Sequence record: PZ445428.1
Length of the DNA stretch: 64,000 nucleotides
Reading direction: 5' to 3' (one strand)
Source of the DNA: a phage
The translations under genes and the position numbers were made by a program. A model generated the notes under the pieces. It had not been told where the DNA came from and searched no databases. It saw nothing but the letters and a program-made list of their open reading frames with translations. Below, piece by piece: positions 38,171 to 46,290 of this stretch (position 1 is its first letter; the number at the start of each line of letters is the position of its first letter).

Positions 38171-39166
38171 TTAAGCTGGCAGCTTAGCTTGTAGGCCAGC
38201 CAGCGTCTGAGTGATAGCACCTAGGCTAACAGCGATCTGGTTGATTACCTGACCGTTTGCACCACTACCCTGAGCGATTGCTTCGCGTAGACGACATTCG
38301 TTCAGTTCGTCCTGGATACGCGCAGTAGTTACACCAGCGATCGCAGACTGAAGTTCACAGCAGCACTCAGCAATCTGACGTTCCAGAGAGTTCTGGTTAG
38401 CACACATCTGAGCCTGAACAGCGGCGAACTGGTTGTTTGTCTGGATAGACTGAGCAAAAGAGATCTGTGCAGCATCAAACTTGTCCTGTGCACGAGCGAT
38501 CTGGTTAGCAGCGAAAGCTTGATCCATCTGACGAGAAAGATCGAACTGACCCTGAATAACGTTACGAGTTTCCTGACAGATCTGGTTGGACAGGTTAGCA
38601 CCAGTACCATACACAGTAGTCAGAATCTGTTGAGTGCTAGAAGCTTGAGCAGCACCTACACCATTAACAGCGTTTAGAACAGCACCAGTACCTTGATTTG
38701 CTTCAGTACGAGTAGTGTTGATTGCAGCTAGAATACTTGCAGTATCCTGGTTGGAAAGGATAGCGTCCACAGCAGTTCCCTCAGTGGCAACACCAGCACC
38801 ACGACCTAAACCACCGAAACCACCGAATCCGCCTGTTAATAGAGCACCAATCAGGATAGCTCCGAATAGACCCATACCTTCACCACCGAAAGCACCCTGT
38901 GCAGCAGCTGGGTAACCACCCATCAGACCTGGGAAGCCGCTAGTGAATACGTTTACTGGTTCTTGCATTTTATGTTTCCTATGTTTATGACAGCCCTCAT
39001 GGTCGTCATCTTCTTCATCGTCATCATCGTGATCACGATGTTTCTTTTCGTAGGCTTTGACCTTCTCCCACTTATGTTTGTCTGATTCCTCATGACGTCT
39101 CAGTTCTGCTGCGACTTCACTTACGGTCTCAGGTTTCTTAGTTACTTCATCTGTCATTTTTGACAC
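38171..39166 (-). CDS. hypothetical protein: His/Asp-rich N-terminus, glycine-zipper hydrophobic segment, Ala/Gln-rich C-terminus
   Basis: 331 aa; HRDHDDDDEEDDDHEGCHKHRKHK, then GLFGAILIGALLTGGFGGFGGLG, then a Q/A-rich helical region with CCC cluster. Confidence 0.55.
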   Translation of the reverse strand: MSKMTDEVTKKPETVSEVAAELRRHEESDKHKWEKVKAYEKKHRDHDDDDEEDDDHEGCHKHRKHKMQEPVNVFTSGFPGLMGGYPAAAQGAFGGEGMGLFGAILIGALLTGGFGGFGGLGRGAGVATEGTAVDAILSNQDTASILAAINTTRTEANQGTGAVLNAVNGVGAAQASSTQQILTTVYGTGANLSNQICQETRNVIQGQFDLSRQMDQAFAANQIARAQDKFDAAQISFAQSIQTNNQFAAVQAQMCANQNSLERQIAECCCELQSAIAGVTTARIQDELNECRLREAIAQGSGANGQVINQIAVSLGAITQTLAGLQAKLPA

Positions 39167-39218
39167 CTCCTAGTATATAGAAAATGTGTGTCTCTTTGAT
39201 CACTCATCCATAACATAT

Positions 39219-39248
39219 ACTTTACACTACCCCAGCGAAAATGTCAAG
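39219..39248 (-). promoter_or_regulatory. atypical promoter for the minus-strand island (TTGACA-18-TAAAGT)
   Basis: Reverse complement reads TTGACAttttcgctggggtagtgTAAAGT; lacks the conserved early-promoter downstream box. Confidence 0.35.
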
Positions 39249-39364
39249 GGGTCTTTAAAAATTGCCCCCGGATTTTTATTGGGGTAATAATTTTGGGGTC
39301 TGCCCACTCACCTGCTACCCTTAAGTGCCCTACTATTTTCCTACAAAAAGTTTAAAAATTCGAT

Positions 39365-39392
39365 TGCTTGAACGCTAAATTCTCTGTATAAT
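39365..39392 (+). promoter_or_regulatory. sigma70 early promoter
   Basis: TTGCTTgaacgctaaattctctgTATAAT. Confidence 0.6.
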
Positions 39393-39423
39393 ATATTTAT
39401 AAATTAATGAGAAGGAAGTAAAT

Positions 39424-39888
39424 ATGAACAAGTTCAAAGGCATTCGAGTTATTCCTTGTCTTATTCCTAAAACCTTCAAAAGATTCGCTGAATGGCGTGG
39501 TGATGAAGAAGAACTTAGTCATTGCTTCCATAAATATAAAGAAATAGAGTGTGAACCACGTTTCAATCGTCCAGGTCTTTACATGGATCGTATTAACAAA
39601 GAAGCATGGTACGAACTAGAAATGCTTGATGGTACTATTCGAGCTTTCAGCACAGAATATGAGCATCAAGAATGGGTCTGGAAGTATAAGTACTCTCACG
39701 GTGATCGTATTCTGAACAAAGGCGAATATGAAGAAATGCGCCGTATGTTCCAACTATATAACGTGCCTCTAGAGCAGCAGCCAGATGTATACAGAGCTAG
39801 CCGTGAATACTGGCATGATAAAGCAATAGGACGAGATATGGAGTTGTGTTTACTTCGTTCTTCTAAACGAAAAGCTGAGAAGGAATAA
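39424..39888 (+). CDS. hypothetical protein
   Basis: 154-aa ORF. Confidence 0.5.
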   Translation: MNKFKGIRVIPCLIPKTFKRFAEWRGDEEELSHCFHKYKEIECEPRFNRPGLYMDRINKEAWYELEMLDGTIRAFSTEYEHQEWVWKYKYSHGDRILNKGEYEEMRRMFQLYNVPLEQQPDVYRASREYWHDKAIGRDMELCLLRSSKRKAEKE

Positions 39889-39893
39889 AAATA

Positions 39894-40184
39894 ATGAAAC
39901 ACTACGCAGAACGTGAAATTGATGAATTAGACTTTGCTGGCGGGTTTTATTCCACCCATGTTAGTGCTATGACCGCAGAAGGACTTAATTCTAAGTCGGC
40001 TATTGCGGCAGAATTAGCATTTCGTGATTTTACTATTGCTGAAATGCAAGAGCATATTATGCGACTAGAGAATCAGGTGGATGAACTCCTGAAGCACAAT
40101 GAGGAACTAGGTGAAGATCTCCATGAACTCACAGAAGAACGTGATACTCTTTACATGAAGTTAGCCGGTCATGAATCTTTTTAA
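39894..40184 (+). CDS. hypothetical protein
   Basis: 96-aa ORF. Confidence 0.5.
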   Translation: MKHYAEREIDELDFAGGFYSTHVSAMTAEGLNSKSAIAAELAFRDFTIAEMQEHIMRLENQVDELLKHNEELGEDLHELTEERDTLYMKLAGHESF

Positions 40185-40190
40185 ATTTAT

Positions 40191-40219
40191 TTGCTAAATA
40201 ACTTGAATTTCTATATAAT
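40191..40219 (+). promoter_or_regulatory. sigma70 early promoter
   Basis: TTGCTAaataacttgaatttctaTATAAT then ATAAATTTGAGAGAGGAAG. Confidence 0.6.
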
Positions 40220-40249
40220 ATACTTATAAATTTGAGAGAGGAAGCAAAT

Positions 40250-41314
40250 ATGATTAAGACTGGTCTAGTAATTGGTAAATTCGCACCATTAACTCGTGGT
40301 CATATCAACCTTATTAATACTGCGGCGACAATGTGTGAGCGCGTTATCGTTGTAGTTAGCCACGACAATCGTTGGCTGGATAAGCAAAACTCTAGGGATC
40401 AAGAAGTCCTACAGTTGAAGAATCGTTTACGATGGCTTGAGCAGACTTATGCAGATATTGAGCATGTGGAAATCCACGATCTTATCGAAGATGATATTCC
40501 TGAGTACCCTAATGGATGGGAAGCATATACCAAGATACTCCAGGAGTGTTATGGTATGTATCCTGAAATCACTATCTTTTCTAGTGAAATTGGGTATGAT
40601 GCGGAGTACAAAAAGTATCTGCCAAACTTCGGCCATTATATTGTAGACTCGGAACGCACTCGTGTACCAATCTCTGCTACTATGATTCGTGAGAATCTGA
40701 TGAAGTATTGGGAGTTCCTGCCTAGCATAGTTCGTAAAGACTATGTTCGCAAGGTAGTTGTTATCGGTACTGAAAGCTCTGGCAAGACAACTTTAACAAA
40801 GTATCTTGCGAAGTTATATAATACTTCATGGGTTGAAGAGTATGGTCGTACATACTGTGAAGTTGACTTAGTAGGCAACGAAAGCCTACTGACTAGCGAC
40901 GACTACACGAAGATTGCATTTAGGCACAAAGAGCTAGAGTTTGAAGCAGAATGTACTGCAAATAAGATCATGTTTGTGGATACCAATGCTTTCATTACTG
41001 AGTTCTACCATAGACTCTACGAACATCGTAAGAATCCTGTGGTTACGGCTATTGCGAAAGAAGAACATTACGATTTAGTTATTGTTCTAGCACCTACTGT
41101 GAAGTGGGTAGATGATGGTTTACGTATTAACTCAGATCGTTCTATTACTTCAGAACTATTCGAGCAGATGAAGGAGGAGTTCCCTAACCAATTCCCAGAG
41201 GGACGCACTGTTTATATCGACTCACCGGACTACAAAGTTCGTATGGACGAAGCTGTAAATGCTGTAGACTGGTTAATTCATTATGTTGACGCGGGAGCTA
41301 TCCAATATGACTAA
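40250..41314 (+). CDS. nadR: bifunctional NMN adenylyltransferase / ribosylnicotinamide kinase (NadR-like, no HTH)
   Basis: GKFAPLTRGHINLI, NRLRWL, YPNGWEAY, ISATMIRENLMKYWEFLP and kinase P-loop VVVIGTESSGKTTL align along E. coli NadR. Confidence 0.85.
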   Translation: MIKTGLVIGKFAPLTRGHINLINTAATMCERVIVVVSHDNRWLDKQNSRDQEVLQLKNRLRWLEQTYADIEHVEIHDLIEDDIPEYPNGWEAYTKILQECYGMYPEITIFSSEIGYDAEYKKYLPNFGHYIVDSERTRVPISATMIRENLMKYWEFLPSIVRKDYVRKVVVIGTESSGKTTLTKYLAKLYNTSWVEEYGRTYCEVDLVGNESLLTSDDYTKIAFRHKELEFEAECTANKIMFVDTNAFITEFYHRLYEHRKNPVVTAIAKEEHYDLVIVLAPTVKWVDDGLRINSDRSITSELFEQMKEEFPNQFPEGRTVYIDSPDYKVRMDEAVNAVDWLIHYVDAGAIQYD

Positions 41315-41984
41315 TTATCTTGTAAATGACTTTAAAAACTGGAAACCTCTGGAATATCTGTGGCTGTTCATTGCAGTGGCCTTCATTAGTTTGGCTAACT
41401 ATAATGGTACAGCACTAGATTGGGCAACAGCAATCACCAACGTTGTTTGTGTTATTCTGGTTGCAAAGGGGCGTGTTTCTAACTATGTCTGGGGTTTGGT
41501 AGGTGTTCTGACCTACGGAATTACAGCTCTAAATGCTGATCTTTATGGTAACGCAGCGCTAAACCTGTTGTACTACGTCCCTATGCAGTTCTACGGAATG
41601 TACTTGTGGCATAAAAATAAGCCAAGTAATCTGCCGGATGTTCCAACTAAAGTTCTGACAAAAGCTCAAGCTTTGCTGACTCTAGGGATTTTAGCAGTAG
41701 CAACATTAGGTTATGGTAGTTTCCTTGCTACTACGGCTGATCCATTCCCAATGTTAGACGCATTTACCGCGGTTGGCAGTGTGATTGCTATGTGGCTTAT
41801 GGTTAAGCAGTATGCTGAACAGTGGCTGATCTGGATTGCCATTAACTTTGGTACTGTGTACATCTGGCTTGTAACTGCCCAATCTACGGGTGCATCTTAC
41901 GCAATCCTGGCAATGTGGCTGGTATTCTTAGGTAACTCTATTATGGGAGCCTATAAAGGCTACTTTGTAAGAGTTAACAAGTAA
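41307..41984 (+). CDS. pnuC: nicotinamide riboside transporter PnuC
   Basis: Multi-TM protein; DAFTAVGSVIAMWLMVKQYAEQWLIWIAINFGTVYIWL matches the PnuC conserved core. Confidence 0.8.
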   Translation: MTNYLVNDFKNWKPLEYLWLFIAVAFISLANYNGTALDWATAITNVVCVILVAKGRVSNYVWGLVGVLTYGITALNADLYGNAALNLLYYVPMQFYGMYLWHKNKPSNLPDVPTKVLTKAQALLTLGILAVATLGYGSFLATTADPFPMLDAFTAVGSVIAMWLMVKQYAEQWLIWIAINFGTVYIWLVTAQSTGASYAILAMWLVFLGNSIMGAYKGYFVRVNK

Positions 41985-41993
41985 TTGAATTTA

Positions 41994-42014
41994 TAGCCCT
42001 CTACCTGAGGGCTA
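41994..42014 (+). terminator. hairpin after pnuC
   Basis: AGCCCTC-tacct-GAGGGCT with a weak T-run. Confidence 0.4.
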
Positions 42015-42033
42015 TTATACAGAAAATTTCACT

Positions 42034-42061
42034 TGCTAATTGCCGAAATTTTCTGTATAAT
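42034..42061 (+). promoter_or_regulatory. sigma70 promoter driving tRNAs
   Basis: TTGCTAattgccgaaattttctgTATAAT; tRNA-Ser starts about 15 nt downstream. Confidence 0.6.
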
Positions 42062-42075
42062 ATATTCATAAATTC

Positions 42076-42169
42076 GGAAGATTAACCCTAAAGGTAAGGG
42101 AGTTGTTTGCTAAACAACCAGTAGCTGTGGAGACACGGTGTATCAGTTCGAGTCTGGTATCTTCCTCCA
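42076..42169 (+). tRNA. tRNA-Ser (GCT)
   Basis: Acceptor GGAAGAT/ATCTTCC, anticodon loop TTGCTAA, long variable arm, T-arm ATCAG-TTCGAGT-CTGGT, CCA. Confidence 0.8.
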
Positions 42170-42176
42170 AATTCAT

Positions 42177-42254
42177 GGTTCCTTAGCTCAATCAGGTTAG
42201 AGCATTCCCCTCATAAGGGACAGGTTCTCGGATCATACCCGAGAGGAGCCACCA
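42177..42254 (+). tRNA. tRNA with CAT anticodon (Met or Ile2)
   Basis: Acceptor GGTTCCT/AGGAGCC, D-arm GCTC...GAGC, loop CTCATAA, atypical T-loop ATCATAC, CCA. Confidence 0.65.
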
Positions 42255-42271
42255 ATTAACTAGGAGACTTT

Positions 42272-42460
42272 ATGTCTAAATTCCAAGAACTAATGAGAGA
42301 GTTGGGTGAGCATCGCTGCAAGGATTGTTATGGGTCTGGAGAGCAAAACGATGCAGAGCCTGGAGATACTCGATTCAATAAGTGGACTTGTCCTACCTGC
42401 GAAGGTACAGGTATCAACCCTCTTTACACTATTTCTATCTACGTGGGAATTGCTAAATAA
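42272..42460 (+). CDS. zinc-ribbon small protein
   Basis: CKDCYGSG...CPTCEGTG; 62 aa. Confidence 0.45.
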   Translation: MSKFQELMRELGEHRCKDCYGSGEQNDAEPGDTRFNKWTCPTCEGTGINPLYTISIYVGIAK

Positions 42461-42798
42461 TGGATATTTTTACTACTCCAGCAGTCAACCTTTTAGGTGT
42501 AGGTCTGTTCCAAGCTACCATCTATCGTACTGATGATTCTACTGATGTGGTAATGTTCATCGTACCTGAATTCTTCCTAGAAAAGTTCTTTGAAGAGTTT
42601 GAGCAGTTCCGTGAAGAACATAATGCTCACTCCGATATGGAAGATCTAGCAGCTATGTTCCCTGCAGTTTACGGCTATATCTTTGAAAGTAATGGTCTGG
42701 ATCTTAATAAATCTGAGCTGGTCGAACTTAATTGGGGAATTAGTTTTGAAGTTGGCTCTCCATTCCCCCGATACTTCCAGGGTTTAGAGATCCGCTAA
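42460..42798 (+). CDS. hypothetical protein
   Basis: 112-aa ORF. Confidence 0.5.
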   Translation: MDIFTTPAVNLLGVGLFQATIYRTDDSTDVVMFIVPEFFLEKFFEEFEQFREEHNAHSDMEDLAAMFPAVYGYIFESNGLDLNKSELVELNWGISFEVGSPFPRYFQGLEIR

Positions 42799-42806
42799 GA
42801 TTACAT

Positions 42807-42883
42807 GGGGGTGTAATCGAATTGGCATAGGTACTGGACTTAAAATTCAGGTTTTGTGGGTTCGAATCCCACCACCCCTACCA
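42807..42883 (+). tRNA. tRNA with TAA anticodon (Leu by anticodon, short variable arm)
   Basis: Acceptor GGGGGTG/CACCCCT, loop CTTAAAA, T-arm GTGGG-TTCGAAT-CCCAC, CCA. Confidence 0.6.
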
Positions 42884-42900
42884 AATAAAAGGAAACTGAT

Positions 42901-43068
42901 ATGTATCAGAGACCGTCACCACCAGCTCGAAGATCAAGAGAAACTCTTTTGATGGAGTTGGCGAAAAACTTCAAGGCTAAACTTGAAGACGATAATTTTA
43001 CTACAGATGAAGATATTGACTTCATTTGCAAACTATTAAAAATGAAATTGGAGAAAAAACATGGCTAA
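42901..43068 (+). CDS. hypothetical small protein (55 aa, not in ORF track)
   Basis: ATG after AAAGGAAA; MYQRPSPPARRSRETLL... Confidence 0.35.
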   Translation: MYQRPSPPARRSRETLLMELAKNFKAKLEDDNFTTDEDIDFICKLLKMKLEKKHG

Positions 43069-43267
43069 TCCAGAAGTAGTTACACAGCGTTTGCTGATTA
43101 AAGGTGTAGTAGCTGAAGCAGGTCTTACCGAAGCTGTTGCAGATTTTCAGGCACAGTTCACAGCTATTCTCACCCAAGCTAAAGAAACTGGTGCGGAGGA
43201 GTATGCTGCTGCAACTCTAGCGCTCACGTTAGCTGGACTTGATCTGGCAGAAGAAGCCGGAGTTTAA
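43061..43267 (+). CDS. hypothetical protein
   Basis: 68-aa ORF. Confidence 0.4.
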   Translation: MANPEVVTQRLLIKGVVAEAGLTEAVADFQAQFTAILTQAKETGAEEYAAATLALTLAGLDLAEEAGV

Positions 43268-43297
43268 CTCCTCCAAGCAGAAATTTTAAAAATGTAC

Positions 43298-43327
43298 TTG
43301 CTTTTTACTTAAGATTTCTGCTATAAT
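43298..43327 (+). promoter_or_regulatory. sigma70 early promoter
   Basis: TTGCTT-18 nt-TATAAT. Confidence 0.55.
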
Positions 43328-43356
43328 AGTTATATAAATTGATGAGAGGAATCAGA

Positions 43357-43632
43357 ATGTCAAAACGTGTTACAGCAACTGGTATTGAAAGCTCAGTATG
43401 TAAATCCTGGGGTGGTTGGGAAGGTGAGATTGAATGGCTTTATTTCTACAATGTAGAACTTCTGCCTGAAATTAAAGCCCACTGTATCGAAGCTGGTATG
43501 TCTCCTGATGCTAAAGCAGATATCGAAATTACTATGACTAAACTAGAAGGTCGTGTAATTACTGTTAGTGATGAAGGTGAAGAGGTCTTCGAACTTCCAT
43601 TCACCTTGAAAGTCACTCCTTCGTTTGATTAA
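43357..43632 (+). CDS. hypothetical protein
   Basis: Start moved to ATG after GAGAGGAATCAGA. Confidence 0.5.
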   Translation: MSKRVTATGIESSVCKSWGGWEGEIEWLYFYNVELLPEIKAHCIEAGMSPDAKADIEITMTKLEGRVITVSDEGEEVFELPFTLKVTPSFD

Positions 43633-43640
43633 CTGATACA

Positions 43641-43679
43641 GCACTGAGCAAGTTCTTTAAAATTTGACTTGCTCAGTGC
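43641..43679 (+). terminator. 12-bp perfect inverted repeat overlapping the next promoter -35
   Basis: GCACTGAGCAAG...CTTGCTCAGTGC; the 3' arm contains the TTGCTC -35 element. Confidence 0.45.
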
Positions 43680-43698
43680 CTTAAAACTTGATATAATA
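43669..43698 (+). promoter_or_regulatory. sigma70 promoter driving a small RNA and tRNAs
   Basis: TTGCTCagtgccttaaaacttgaTATAAT. Confidence 0.55.
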
Positions 43699-43721
43699 GT
43701 TATCTAATTTGGAAAACATAT

Positions 43722-43820
43722 CTGAATGAGAAGTAACTAAGCGAGTTGCTTTGAGGGGTAAGGTCAGGATAGCCTGAAATATTCCACCTTGAGTTTAACC
43801 GACTTACTTTTCATTCAAAT
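43722..43820 (+). ncRNA. candidate about 100-nt structured RNA upstream of tRNA-Tyr
   Basis: Terminal stem GAATGAGAAGTAA...TTACTTTTCATTC enclosing about 75 nt; no ORF. Confidence 0.3.
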
Positions 43821-43902
43821 ATGTTGGATTAGTATCGTAGAGGTAGCGAAGCAGACTGTAAATCTGCCGACTCGGAAGGGTCTCGGGTGGTTCGACTCCA
43901 TC
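43812..43902 (+). tRNA. tRNA-Tyr (GTA)
   Basis: Acceptor GTTGGAT/ATCCAAC, anticodon arm GCAGA-CTGTAAA-TCTGC, long variable arm, CCA. Confidence 0.75.
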
Positions 43903-43921
43903 ATCCAACACCAAATTTAAT

Positions 43922-43996
43922 GCACCTATCGTCTATCGGTTAGGACATCAGGTTTTCAACCTGAGAAGCTCGGTTCGATTCCGTGTGGGTGTACCA
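43922..43996 (+). tRNA. tRNA-Glu (TTC)
   Basis: Acceptor GCACCTA/TGGGTGT, anticodon arm TCAGG-TTTTCAA-CCTGA, CCA. Confidence 0.7.
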
Positions 43997-44003
43997 AATT
44001 AAT

Positions 44004-44080
44004 GTTCTGCTAGACAAACAGGTAAAGTCCCTACCCTTTCAAGGTAGGGTTTGCGGGTTCGATCCCCGCACAGAACGCCA
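44004..44080 (+). tRNA. tRNA with TTC anticodon (second Glu-type)
   Basis: Anticodon arm CTACC-CTTTCAA-GGTAG, T-arm GCGGG-TTCGATC-CCCGC, CCA. Confidence 0.6.
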
Positions 44081-44088
44081 TATTCTGC

Positions 44089-44165
44089 ATTCCTAGAGTG
44101 TTACTGGACAGCATGTCGGTCTCCAAAACCGTACGGTCTAGGTTCGAGTCCTAGTAGGTTTGCCA
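44089..44165 (+). tRNA. tRNA-Trp (CCA), acceptor stem with U-U mismatches
   Basis: Anticodon loop CTCCAAA, T-arm CTAGG-TTCGAGT-CCTAG, CCA. Confidence 0.55.
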
Positions 44166-44171
44166 ATATTT

Positions 44172-44246
44172 GCACCTTTAGCTGAGATGGATTAGCGCTT
44201 GCCTGAAGAGCTTGAGAGGTTGGATCGTTACCAACGGGGTGCACCA
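44172..44246 (+). tRNA. tRNA-Phe (GAA)
   Basis: Acceptor GCACCTT/GGGGTGC, D-arm GCTG...TAGC, loop CTGAAGA, CCA. Confidence 0.6.
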
Positions 44247-44263
44247 ATTTGAAGGAGATGCTG

Positions 44264-44536
44264 ATGCATCCTGAAAACTTCTTTATATACTGTACTAGTC
44301 CTTTGCTTAAACGCCGGATTAATAAAGTATATCACTACAGAGCTAGTCAACAGCCTTATATTTATGATTCTAGTGGAGATCACATTCCACTTGAGCAACT
44401 AGGGACTGATTATATGGTTTTGAAGCACTTTAATGAGGCAAAGATCTCAAGCGTTCATAACCGACAAAACTCTAAAACGTGGTGGTATAAGAAGCGTAAG
44501 AAAGGCATCAAATTTCTGAAAAATGTAGTTGCTTAA
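44264..44536 (+). CDS. hypothetical protein
   Basis: Start moved to ATG 6 nt after AAGGAG; the track start is TTG. Confidence 0.45.
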   Translation: MHPENFFIYCTSPLLKRRINKVYHYRASQQPYIYDSSGDHIPLEQLGTDYMVLKHFNEAKISSVHNRQNSKTWWYKKRKKGIKFLKNVVA

Positions 44537-44585
44537 ATCCTTAAAGTTCTGTATAATTATTACATAAATTGAACTGGAGAACTAG

Positions 44586-44774
44586 ATGAAAGCACCTAAA
44601 CCGAAATTAGTTAAGTTCGACTGCTGTGACACTGAAATCTTATTTACTAAGTTTGGTGAATTTAAGATGTGTGAATGTGGAACATGTGGTTACGATCATG
44701 GTGATGGATATTATTGCAGAACCCTCGGGCCTTCTGAACTAATCCACTTCTCATGGCCGGAAAGTAAAGAATAA
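44586..44774 (+). CDS. Cys-rich small protein
   Basis: FDCCDTE...CECGTCGYDHGDGYYC; 62 aa. Confidence 0.45.
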   Translation: MKAPKPKLVKFDCCDTEILFTKFGEFKMCECGTCGYDHGDGYYCRTLGPSELIHFSWPESKE

Positions 44775-44776
44775 TA

Positions 44777-44852
44777 CGACCGTTGGCTGAATGGCTTAGG
44801 CGGGGGCCTGCAAAACCTCCTTATGTGAGTTCGAATCTCATGCGGTCGTCCA
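44777..44852 (+). tRNA. tRNA-Cys (GCA)
   Basis: Acceptor CGACCGT/GCGGTCG, loop CTGCAAA, T-arm GTGAG-TTCGAAT-CTCAT, CCA. Confidence 0.65.
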
Positions 44853-44859
44853 AATTTAT

Positions 44860-44942
44860 GGGTCGTTAGCCAAGCGGTTTGGCGGTGGACTGTTAATCCA
44901 TGTCGAAAGACAACGTAGGTTCGAATCCTGCACGGCCCGCCA
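44860..44942 (+). tRNA. tRNA with GTT anticodon (Asn) and extended variable arm
   Basis: Anticodon arm GTGGA-CTGTTAA-TCCAT, extra arm GTCGAAAGAC, T-arm GTAGG-TTCGAAT-CCTGC, CCA. Confidence 0.6.
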
Positions 44943-44970
44943 TTTTTCACTAAAAACTGAGGAAATAGAT

Positions 44971-45156
44971 ATGACAACTCATGCAATTGCTCGACTAGAA
45001 GCTGATCGCGATAGTATTAAGAACAATATTAAAGTTCGTGATCAAATCATTAAGGTTTTAAAGGCAGAACTGCTTGAAGAACTTCAACATCAAGTAGATC
45101 GTCGTGAGTCTTTAAAAGAAGTCGAGGAAGCTCTGTCTAAACTCAAAGCTGAATAA
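44971..45156 (+). CDS. hypothetical coiled-coil protein
   Basis: 61-aa ORF. Confidence 0.4.
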   Translation: MTTHAIARLEADRDSIKNNIKVRDQIIKVLKAELLEELQHQVDRRESLKEVEEALSKLKAE

Positions 45157-45165
45157 ACAAATTAT

Positions 45166-45242
45166 GCGATCGGGGCTGGCTTGGTAATGGTACTCCCCTG
45201 TCACGGGAGAGAATGTGGGTTCGAATCCCATCGGTCGCGCCA
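45166..45242 (+). tRNA. tRNA-Asp (GTC)
   Basis: Acceptor GCGATCG/CGGTCGC, anticodon arm CTCCC-CTGTCAC-GGGAG, CCA. Confidence 0.8.
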
Positions 45243-45248
45243 AATTAT

Positions 45249-45324
45249 ACATCCATAGCTCAATGGTTAGAGCTACCGCCTCTTAAGCGGAGGGTTCTAG
45301 GTTCAAGTCCTAGTGGGTGTACCA
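45249..45324 (+). tRNA. tRNA-Lys (CTT)
   Basis: Acceptor ACATCCA/TGGGTGT, D-arm GCTC...GAGC, loop CTCTTAA, T-arm CTAGG-TTCAAGT-CCTAG, CCA. Confidence 0.65.
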
Positions 45325-45329
45325 AATAC

Positions 45330-45668
45330 TGGGGTCTTAGCTAATCGGTTAAGCGTCATGGATAGCGGTGAATTCCGGCCTATGAAGGGAGTAACACGTA
45401 GTCTCCCAGACTCCACCAAATTTCAGTGCAGAACACGGAGCTAGCAATTCGGAAGTGCTGACGCGCGATAAGCTGCCTATGTACTTGCAAAGCGGACGTG
45501 TCCTAGACTCGGACTCTTGCACTGAAACCAATTAAACATTCTAGCGTGGTGGAGAGGGGACACCAGCTTGCCGAGGGTAGAAGCTCGTTCGATTCGAGTG
45601 AAAGAATGGTTCTCGTAAATCCGCACAAGTGATAGTAGGTTCAAGTCCTGCCTAGATTGACTTATTAT
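45330..45668 (+). ncRNA. cluster of tRNA-like / structured RNA elements, non-canonical
   Basis: Acceptor-like stems with encoded CCA (GGGGTCT...AGACTCCACCA; TTCAGTG...CACTGAAACCA) and T-arm-like motifs, but no canonical cloverleaf by hand folding. Confidence 0.35.
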
Positions 45669-45742
45669 GCGTCCATAGTTAAAAGGTATAATTTCTGGTT
45701 GCCAACCAGATGTTGAGAGTTCGATTCTCTCTGGCCGCACCA
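45669..45742 (+). tRNA. tRNA-Gly (GCC)
   Basis: Anticodon arm TCTGG-TTGCCAA-CCAGA, T-arm GAGAG-TTCGATT-CTCTC, CCA. Confidence 0.75.
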
Positions 45743-46050
45743 AATTTAGGTTTATGCTTCCTAGAGAACGTACTCCTAAATAAACAAGGCGATGAGTTTC
45801 CGGCCGGTTCTAGTCGCTGAAAATCCTCCCGACCAGGTAGGTGTAGGTAAACGAAAGTTTACTTATTAAGTAAGTCCGACACATCGGCGGGTGTGTTCTA
45901 GTATTTAAAGAAGGTCTCGCAAACTTTCTCGCTAGCATGAGTTCATAGCTCGGTGACTTACCTAATAAGTAAATTTATTAAAAATGTAATTGCTATTTAG
46001 CTTAATTCTCTGTATAATATATTTTATAAAGTGATGAGAAGGAAAGCAAA

Positions 46051-46209
46051 GTGAAATTAAAAATTGCAGATGTACTTATGTGTACTTGGGTAATTCCAAT
46101 CATAATTGTTGGTTTTAACGCAGATATACTTTCCACAGCGTGGAAGATTGTAGGGCTAAGTACAGGGTTCACAATGCTAGGGTTAAGCATGTTGTGGACG
46201 AAAAACTAA
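46051..46209 (+). CDS. hypothetical small hydrophobic peptide (GTG start)
   Basis: 52 codons after promoter and GAGAAGGAAAG; not in ORF track. Confidence 0.3.
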   Translation: MKLKIADVLMCTWVIPIIIVGFNADILSTAWKIVGLSTGFTMLGLSMLWTKN

Positions 46210-46213
46210 TATT

Positions 46214-46290
46214 CTCCGATTAGCTCAATTGGCTAGAGTACACCGTTTGGGGTGGTGGGGTTGAAGGTTCGAGTCCTTCATTGGAGACCA
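46214..46290 (+). tRNA. tRNA-Pro (TGG)
   Basis: Acceptor CTCCGAT/ATTGGAG, anticodon arm CACCG-TTTGGGG-TGGTG, T-arm GAAGG-TTCGAGT-CCTTC, CCA. Confidence 0.8.

Noticed and set aside
45349-45743. Minus-strand ORFs 45349-45531 and 45477-45743
   Set aside because: Overlap the tRNA-like elements and tRNA-Gly; translations are Arg/Ser-rich and implausible.
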